Shown in pieces: positions 34,169 through 42,754 of a stretch of DNA of 42,754 nt. Under the pieces are notes generated by a model. That model had not been told where the DNA came from. It worked only from the letters and a program-made list of their open reading frames with translations, and ran no database searches. Origin of the DNA: Veleropilina oligotropha (taxonomy: Eukaryota); contig JBEUKZ010000094.1 in NCBI GenBank assembly GCA_048128005.1, positions 62,001-104,754 of the forward strand. The letters are read 5' to 3'. Position 1 is the first letter of the stretch, and every line of letters begins with the position of its first letter. Made by a program: the position numbers and the translations under genes.

Positions 34169-34800
34169 TGGACAACAAACCCTCAGCGCCAACGCTGTAC
34201 CCACAACTTGGTGGCGATGTGCCTTCGGAAGTTCCGGAGGCACAGTCTTTCCGACTACAGAAAGTGAATGAGCTCCAGGGGCAGCTAGAACGAGAACGGG
34301 ATGCTCGAGCCGCCCTGTACAAAAAGTACCGCCGAGGCGTTAATGTCATTGATGGAATTGATTCGGGCCTGGTCGTGGCGACCCTAGGTATGGGTAGCGC
34401 CGGCATCGGTCTACTGTCCACGATCGTTGCCGCACCTGTTGTCCTAGTGCTGGAACTAGCGGCGTTGGGGTGTGGGCTCGCTAGTATGGGTGGAAAGTAC
34501 ATCAGCCGGCGCCTCCAGGTTAAGGCTAAGAAACACGACGAGATTCGAGTACTGGCCGAAAGCAAGCTGAACACCATAACCGACCACGTCTCAAAGGCCT
34601 TAGCGGACGGGGTGATGTCTGATGATGAATTCCAACTGGTCACAGGGGAGATGGAAAAATATCGGACAATGAAGGCCACCCTGCGTCTCAAAAGTCTAAA
34701 GGCGCACACCGCGGTTTCACAGACCCAAACCGAGCTCATTGAGCGTGGACGTAAAGAGGGACGCGCCGAGCTACTGAAAAAAATCGGGGCTGGCGACTAA
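34165..34800 (+). CDS. Coiled-coil protein with a hydrophobic hairpin (putative membrane-active protein)
   Basis: FRLQKV...LYKKYRR, then a Gly-rich hydrophobic hairpin, then KKHDEIRVLAESKLNTI...SKALADG..SDDEF. I recall this pattern from invertebrate Polintons/adintoviruses. Confidence 0.75.
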   Translation: MMDNKPSAPTLYPQLGGDVPSEVPEAQSFRLQKVNELQGQLERERDARAALYKKYRRGVNVIDGIDSGLVVATLGMGSAGIGLLSTIVAAPVVLVLELAALGCGLASMGGKYISRRLQVKAKKHDEIRVLAESKLNTITDHVSKALADGVMSDDEFQLVTGEMEKYRTMKATLRLKSLKAHTAVSQTQTELIERGRKEGRAELLKKIGAGD

Positions 34801-34882
34801 CCATCCAGGTTGAGCGTGGGGTGGGTGGGGACCCCCCTCCCCCGTATTAAAGCTAGAACTCGACAGTGATATCTGGACAACC

Positions 34883-35308
34883 ATGAAATCCATGCTACTT
34901 CTGTGCATTGCCGCGGTGTGCTGGCTAGGGGGTGTCTCCACCCACCCCACGCTCAACACTGCATTAATTCTCGAACATACGTGGGCTAGGTACCGAAATC
35001 ACCCCCAGTACAATATAAGGCACGACCCCTTGCGAAGAAACTTGCTACTACGCCTGGGAGACCCCCCTGATGTCGCCCCACCGTCGTGTCACTACTATGT
35101 TATCGGAGAGAATGAGTGTGGGGTGGGGGCTCCCCCCGACCCAAATACTGTGGTCTGCATCGAATGCGCTGAGCCGTCCTTATGCCGTGGTAAACGCGGG
35201 CATTACTTCTCTATGTTATCTACCGGCTGCGGGGGTTCGTGGAGTCAGATAGGACAGCATTCGCCATGCAACTGTACGCTCGCCAGCGGGAATTACATAT
35301 TTATCTAA
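34883..35308 (+). CDS. Putative secreted Cys-rich protein (141 aa)
   Basis: Signal peptide MKSMLLLCIAAVCWLGGVST; the mature part has 8 Cys and ends in CNC. Confidence 0.7.
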   Translation: MKSMLLLCIAAVCWLGGVSTHPTLNTALILEHTWARYRNHPQYNIRHDPLRRNLLLRLGDPPDVAPPSCHYYVIGENECGVGAPPDPNTVVCIECAEPSLCRGKRGHYFSMLSTGCGGSWSQIGQHSPCNCTLASGNYIFI

Positions 35309-35541
35309 ACAGCCGGCATGTTAGACGTTGTGTAGTTATACTTGAAAGCAACATGCCGCAGGAAGACATTCCTACGCTGTACGGCGAACGGAGCTCCAGG
35401 CGCGTTAAAAACCTCTTAAACCGGGGCTATAACGTTTTGATCGTTGTACTCGACGATGGTGAACAAGCGATATATAAGAAGAAGACCAAAGACGGTAGAA
35501 AGGGAGTTGTACGAAATCAAACGCTGGCGGGCCCTCAGTGA
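35265..35541 (+). CDS. Small basic hypothetical protein
   Basis: Last ORF before the right terminal repeats; start uncertain. Confidence 0.4.
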
Positions 35542-35567
35542 TGTCCTGTAGCCTTCGCCGGGCTGCT

Positions 35568-35789
35568 ATTTTGCCATTCTAAAAAGTCCAATCACCCCCC
35601 CTGCTACTGCTCGCATAACTGAGGAGCCCGGGCCGGCGAGGGTAGTGGGCCGTCCCTGGGGGCTCTATATAGTCTACGTTGGGTCGGAAAAGGTGCATTC
35701 ATCCCTACTCTAAGCTACCCTAGGCTCGGAACGGGTGCTGGGAGCCTTATTTTCCCATTCTAAAAAGTCTACTGACCCCCCCTGCTGCT
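35568..35789 (-). repeat. Right terminal repeat region
   Basis: 56-bp TIR at 35734-35789. 35622-35689 is the reverse complement of about 20356-20423. A degenerate second terminus copy is at 35568-35611. Confidence 0.9.
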
Positions 35790-35794
35790 CAGGC

Positions 35795-38167
35795 TTATGT
35801 CTCATCACATGGTCCCCTTTCATTAAGTGATCTAAGATGTCATGAGGGAGACGCTATATGGACCGGAGGTAATATAGTCCATAACGCGCATAGTTTAAAT
35901 GTCCAGCTACAAAGAAATAAGGAAGCATTTCTTTCACTGCGAGGAGATGCAAAGGCCAATCAGCTTCGCGTTCTGCCCGCACGAAGATCATCATCAGAAA
36001 GACAGGCTATATGAGACAGTCTACCCACAGGCGCGTTGTCCTACCTGTTTCGACAATGTTTCAAGATGTTGTAGACGATCGTTGTGACACTCCATCTGCC
36101 CCAGAATTACATTTAAAACCTCTTCAGCAACAATACGAAGTGCCCGAACATTTCGCGGAAACTTTTTTCCAGAGAGCATCTTCGCCACGCCACCAAAGCC
36201 AGCTTTCATTACCCCCTCAAGACCGCTAATTAAGTTCCCAACACACCCAACAAAACTCATCAACAGGTGCATCCCCCCAAGTCTTGGAATGAAATGCAAA
36301 AAGAGGTCTTTATATACCAATTTGATCCCGACAGCAATCCTGTACAATTGTTGATCATTTGTGAAGAGTGTCACACGTTGTCCACAGCTATTCGTCAGTT
36401 CTTGCGTACTCACCATTGCTGTCAAGATCGTGTCTGGATCGGCGGGGTTGATGTCGATAAGGGGGCGGTAAATTGCTTTTGTGTCTGGTCTAATAGAATG
36501 GCCTTGTTCTCTAGACAACTTTGTGTTGAATCCATTGAACTCTGGTGTGTCTTGGTCAGAAACAACTTTCTGCAAGAAGTCAAAATCAAGAGAACGGGCT
36601 CTTGAAAGTGCTACCACCTGGTGAGCTAGAACACGTAGGGGTAACACTTTGCGTTTTGCTTCAAGCTATGACATGTCGGGTTTCTTTGTACCTTTCAGCT
36701 GGGATATCTTCAATTGCCAGATCATGCACTTCATCAGTTGTCAGACGCGGGAATGTCTGAACATTGTGTCTCTCCTCAACCAGGTACCTATCTGTCACAG
36801 TTAGGAGAACAGCAAGAGAATGAGTACCGACAAGACTGTTTTGCGATGAAATGTTTGCATCAAAATTGTCAGCAACACCCTGAATTAGTCCATCTTTAGG
36901 AGTGACCATGCCCGTAATTTTATAATTCTTTAGGGCTGCTGATGCTGCAGATGCTTTAAAAAGCAAAACTTCCTCATAGGAGCAAGCTACCCGGAAACCA
37001 AAAAATTGTTCCACTAGAGATCCCTGAATAAGGACAACTCCTAATGAAATCTGAAGAGTGGTAGGATGGTTGGTTAGAATGCTGGTCACAATGTTGCCAA
37101 TGAGTGCTGCTGGCATAGTACGGTTCAGTTTTGCAGACATTTTCAATAACAGTGTAAGAAGTGTTTGACTGACGGAAGAAAGGGAAATGTCAATGTCTAC
37201 ACTAGCCAGATAATTTTTCTTGTCAGCTCCTAAGTGCTTTGATTCACGGACTATGCGGTTTGCGACAGTTTCTAATGAACTATCTATGTCGTCATCATCT
37301 TCCTTTGGTACCAGGCGTAACATGCCGGATACCTTACTCTGAAACACCAAAAGGTTGGGCAACACCTGAACCTGTTAAAATAAGAAAATCTGGTCCAAAA
37401 TGATCTGACAACTTAGTAAGTAATGTTCTACGAGACAGCTTCTGACCACATTTTGACAAATACAGACTATACACATCTACAGTGTTCCATATTATGGACA
37501 TATCAGCCAGGATTTCAGAAGCAGTTGATTGAAAGGCACAATCTGGAGTTGAATTGAGGCTCATCCTAGCAGCCGATTTCACTGCACGGTCTGTCATAAA
37601 TTTGTCTCTGCAGTCTTGATGGTATCTCGCATCTGCTGCATGAAGGTCACTTACTGGTCCGACTACCTGAATCTCTACACTTCTTGCCCAGCTGTCCTGA
37701 CGAATATGACACATGTCTAGGACTGTTTGCTTGAATGTCTTAATGTCTCTCCCACGATCGACAGTCCTACAGAGTAAAACCCTTCGCCATCAATCAGGAT
37801 GTTTCTGATCGAAATCCATAATACATGCTTCACCATAAAACAGGCAGTGCTTCCTGAAGTCAAAAGCACTAGTCTGAGCGTTAGAACGGCAGGATCGCTT
37901 CGCAGTTGGTGGGGTGTCTTCGGTTTCAGCATTACGTTTCAAAAACCTATAGATATGAGACTGAGAAGTGTAGGATGACACACACTCTCGGTGACACTGC
38001 ACAGATAAGTTTTCATTCTTGGCAAGACGTTGTTCCAAATTAGGATGTAGATCGTCCTTATAGATCTTACTTGCCCGCATAATGATGCGTATGCGATCTG
38101 GCCCGGCTGTAGACAATGGTTTATTGGAACTGGAGCCTCTACATGGCTTAAAGATACACTTGTCCAT
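35795..38167 (-). pseudogene. Academ transposase, 5' half; frameshifted
   Basis: Fragments: HRECVSSYTS, FDFRKHCLF, DLHAADARYHQDC, ADNFDANISSQN, TNDQQLY, RLGGMHLLMSFVGCVG, GDHVMRHK. Confidence 0.82.
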
Positions 38168-38233
38168 TTTAGGGTTGTCTGAAACCAAATAAACATGGGC
38201 AATCAGTATAAACAAATTTGAAACAGAATATGA

Positions 38234-38495
38234 GGGAGGGAGGAATGATGCTTAATGTCCTGTATATTTACAACATCGAGGTTCAAGGCAGGACATGTCC
38301 GTGTTATCGCGGGAGGAAACCCCGGTCGCCCGGGTAAACCCGCCCTCTTCGGCCAGTCATGGACAACTGTGATTCATAACTTTAACAAATTTCAATGCCT
38401 CAGCCAGGTATTGCACCCACTACTGTTCGCATTAGCGGAATCAAGCCAGTGAAGTTAGAGTGGACACTCTACCCACTGCGCTGCCGAAGCGGCCT
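38234..38495 (-). mobile_element. tRNA-derived SINE (V-domain-like core)
   Basis: 13-bp TSD AAACAGAATATGA (38221-38233, 38496-38508). Minus-strand A-box GGCAGCGCAGTGGG, degenerate B-box GGGTGCAATACC, and core GGGTTTACCCGGGCGACCGGGGTTTCCTCCC. Confidence 0.72.
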
Positions 38496-39744
38496 AAACA
38501 GAATATGAAATAGCAATCAGTGTAAACAAATTTGAAACAGAACATGAAATTTAAATTATAGAGCTACTAAAAGTTGGCAGCACCATACAATTTAATTTAG
38601 TTTTTAAATAGGTGTGGCTATTTATAGCCTACTACACACATGTAAGCTAAACTAATACAGCTAACTTGTGACAAGTAAGAGGACTGCCGGGGTATGTACC
38701 AATATTACAATGCATGTCACATGTACAGTGCAGTGCATGTATTAGAGATAATATACTAATCAGTGGGCTTCATTATATTATTACCAATTAAACCCAATTT
38801 TTTCACTTTGTCAAAGATGTCATTGTATCAAATTCCAATTGGAGTAGTGTTTTCCATTGAAGGCAAGTTTCATTGAAAACGGTGATCAACAACTCTTAGA
38901 TGACACTGGATTAATCAGCTTCTGTTTCAAAGGGAAATATGTCTGTTTACATGTGCTGCTTCACAATCATGCCCTCTGTGAATGAAAATTGGAACTAAAC
39001 TATGCTCTGTTACAGAATAGTATGTCATTGTTTTTAATGTAAATGATACAGAGATAATGAAATTCGCAAATTCAGTAATGGTGGCACATAATTAGCATAT
39101 TTCTGAACATGCGCATTGTACGAATGTTCTGACATTGGTCTCATTTGATTCGTAGATCCTGTAAACATGGGTATAGACACCATTTATTTGATCCTATCCC
39201 ATATATTCATCAAGATATCGCTGAAAAACTGAATTTCGGTAATGGCGGACTTCATTTGCATATTACGCAAATTGCCCAAAGGAGCCAGGGTGGCATCACT
39301 TGGATTATTGTTCAGCACCCTTCAAAGATATAAGAAGTACAAAAAAACTTTGGTGGAACCATACTGCAAGGCTCACCCCCAAAACAGCGTTTCACTGCAG
39401 GACTATTTACACATGTAGTCAGCGATAATAGAATACTGTAGAAACATTTTCTTGTTACCCCATCCCCCAAATATTGGTCAGGCCAAAGCCTGACTGGCCT
39501 GACCGCTTCCGACGGCCTTGAGACGTCGTACGACTACATGCGATGGCTCAGTTTCGGGTGATCGCAGGCCATCGAGGGTGAATCGTGCGACGTCGCAGCC
39601 ATCGGGGTCATGCGACGTAATGCGATGGTCGCGCGTTCTTCGAACATTTGCATCTGTCTGCCCAGGAAATATATACTGGGGTCTACGGGCATCAATTCAG
39701 AAGCATCGACATCTGCTGCACGATCAACATCAACCACGACTTAT

Positions 39745-39895
39745 ATGACGTGATCCAACGACGATGTCGGCTTTTCGGCAGACAATTGTAATGAAATCGT
39801 ACGACGTCGTACGATCCCATCGTATCCAGTGTGACCACAAACCTAAGATTTTATATTGTGGCTGAGTCAGGGACAATCGTAGACATATATAGTCC
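39745..39895 (-). repeat. Diverged inverted copy of the repeat at about 5058-5270
   Basis: GTGACCACAAACCTAAGATT is the reverse complement of AATCTTAGGTTTGTGGTCAC at 5100-5119, with patchy flanking similarity. Confidence 0.6.
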
Positions 39896-41028
39896 ATGGG
39901 CCAGGTATGGTTTATCTGCACCCCCCCCCCCCCACAACCCTCCGACCCAGTGTTTTTCTGGACCATTGGGGTTCCCTGTGTTGGAAATCAACTGGTAACA
40001 GTGAATAAACTGGGATGAACTATCCATTTGGGAGCTATATTTGATGGTAACCTCAAAACATCGATTTTTTCGTCGCTGTCGCGTCATATTCAACACTCTT
40101 GTTCTTTTCAGTTTCTAAAGTGGTTAATATTGCTCCATAGCAAAACTGTATGCATCAGCTGGTCAACTACTGAACATCATAAAATATTCATATTGCAGAT
40201 TTAATGGATTATTGGTTGTCAAAACGGGGGTTGAATGGCAGTACCCACACCACCTTTTTCATCTTAGCGGAATGGACCAAAATATTTCAGCTTGCAAATC
40301 TCTTGGCTATTATGTAATTAATGCAGTTAGGTATTCGAGGAATGGGTGTGACTGTCGTCTGCTAACAAAAATAGTAACAAGGGAAGCAACTCTCGCATCG
40401 ACGTATTATGAAAGTCTACTGTCAGTTTATGAAAAAATATTACGTCGGCACGTGACGCGATGCAGCCAATGAATGGGTTGCGTGGCTGTCTGAGTCATGA
40501 TATATATATTTATCCTGCTCCGACAACATTCTAGTCCATTCATTGGTTACATCACGTCACGTGCTGACCATGTAAAATAACCATATCTAGTGCATCGGTT
40601 TCATATCACGTCAACGTAAAATGTCCTTGAGTGACCTCGTTTTCCCGCCACCCGTACTCGACCAGTCATTGGACAGATTTTGCAGAGCTACACCAAGGGT
40701 CGCAATGGTGTTTTGATATGATATTTTTGTATTATGTTGCTGTATAATGTAGATCATATAATACATGATTATTACGTTGTTGTATTGTGGCATATAACTA
40801 TTATTACGGTATTGTTAAGATTAAATTTGTTACTTTATTTCCAATACATTTTGTTACGTTATTAACAATATATTTACTTATTTTCGTTTCTCAAAATATT
40901 ACGTAATAATATATTTGCAGGTCGTCGACAGGATAAATACCTTACATAGTTTGCTATCGCCTCGCCCAATATGAAATTTCCACTGACCCCGGTAAAATCC
41001 GTATTCGGTCACTAACAAACTATGTAAG

Positions 41029-42394
<1,366 letters not shown>

Positions 42395-42754
42395 ACGCCG
42401 GTACCAGTAAGAATAGTTATTTAAATGTACCATATACATTCGTTCAACGCGTTCAACACGTACCTTCCAAGGATAGAACCAGCATTTGAGGTAAAATGGG
42501 AATACAAGAGGCATCCAAGTCAAAGCACACATGCACCGCTAGGAAGTCATCGGAGCACCACACATCTCCTCGCAAGACAATGTGTCATCGAATGCGGCAG
42601 CAACTGTTCGAAGGAATATAGGGCAGTGCAGATTCTAGCAACATTTGCGGCATGCGCAATTTCAAACGATTGCCATAGACCGTCTGTGAGGTGTAAGGCA
42701 TCGAACCCCCTCTCAGATCTCTGAATGGAGAAGAGATCAACGACCGCGAGAAAC

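Larger units (their letters stand above)
20214..35789. mobile_element. Endogenous Polinton/Maverick-like virus, 15,576 bp
   Basis: Perfect 56-bp TIRs (20214-20269, 35734-35789) with AG..CT ends and a TSD CAGGC (20209-20213, 35790-35794). Compact, GC-richer, intronless genes for integrase, ATPase, capsids and PolB-helicase. Confidence 0.95.
16557..39405 (-). mobile_element. Academ-superfamily DNA transposon (decayed), enlarged by nested insertions
   Basis: Termini TAGTCCTGCAGT...ACTGCAGGACTA with a TTT TSD. Long imperfect TIRs at about 16557-17030 and 39060-39405. Transposase fragments lie on the minus strand. Confidence 0.85.

Noticed and set aside
20214..35789. Bacterial prophage or contaminant contig
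   Set aside because: It is cleanly integrated with a TSD into a eukaryotic Academ ORF and has an rve integrase and a Polinton-type gene set.
40505..40940. Inverted repeat ATTTATCCTG...CAGGATAAAT, a possible Crypton-like MITE
   Set aside because: The match is short and imperfect, and the boundaries and family could not be supported.

Overview
Eukaryotic DNA, probably from a marine invertebrate (inferred from the repeat families), made almost entirely of nested mobile elements. I recognise no host gene. The main feature is a 15,576-bp endogenous Polinton-like virus (20214-35789) with perfect 56-bp AGCAGC..GCTGCT terminal inverted repeats and a 5-bp CAGGC target-site duplication. It encodes a 1223-aa replication polyprotein (putative vOTU protease + exonuclease-less PolB core + SF1 helicase + HNH), an rve integrase, a frameshifted packaging ATPase, probable major and minor capsid proteins, several membrane proteins and a secreted Cys-rich protein. 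No adenain-type maturation protease is recognisable. The virus sits inside the transposase gene of a decayed Academ transposon (16557-39405), which also carries two SINEs and two MITEs. The left 14 kb holds a young non-autonomous LTR element (tRNA-Ser PBS) and a near-identical duplication of at least 4.5 kb containing a 1.1-kb foldback element, Helitron/Helentron derivatives and Harbinger-like MITEs. A truncated LINE and microsatellites fill the rest. All family calls come from reading motifs by eye; no database searches were run.
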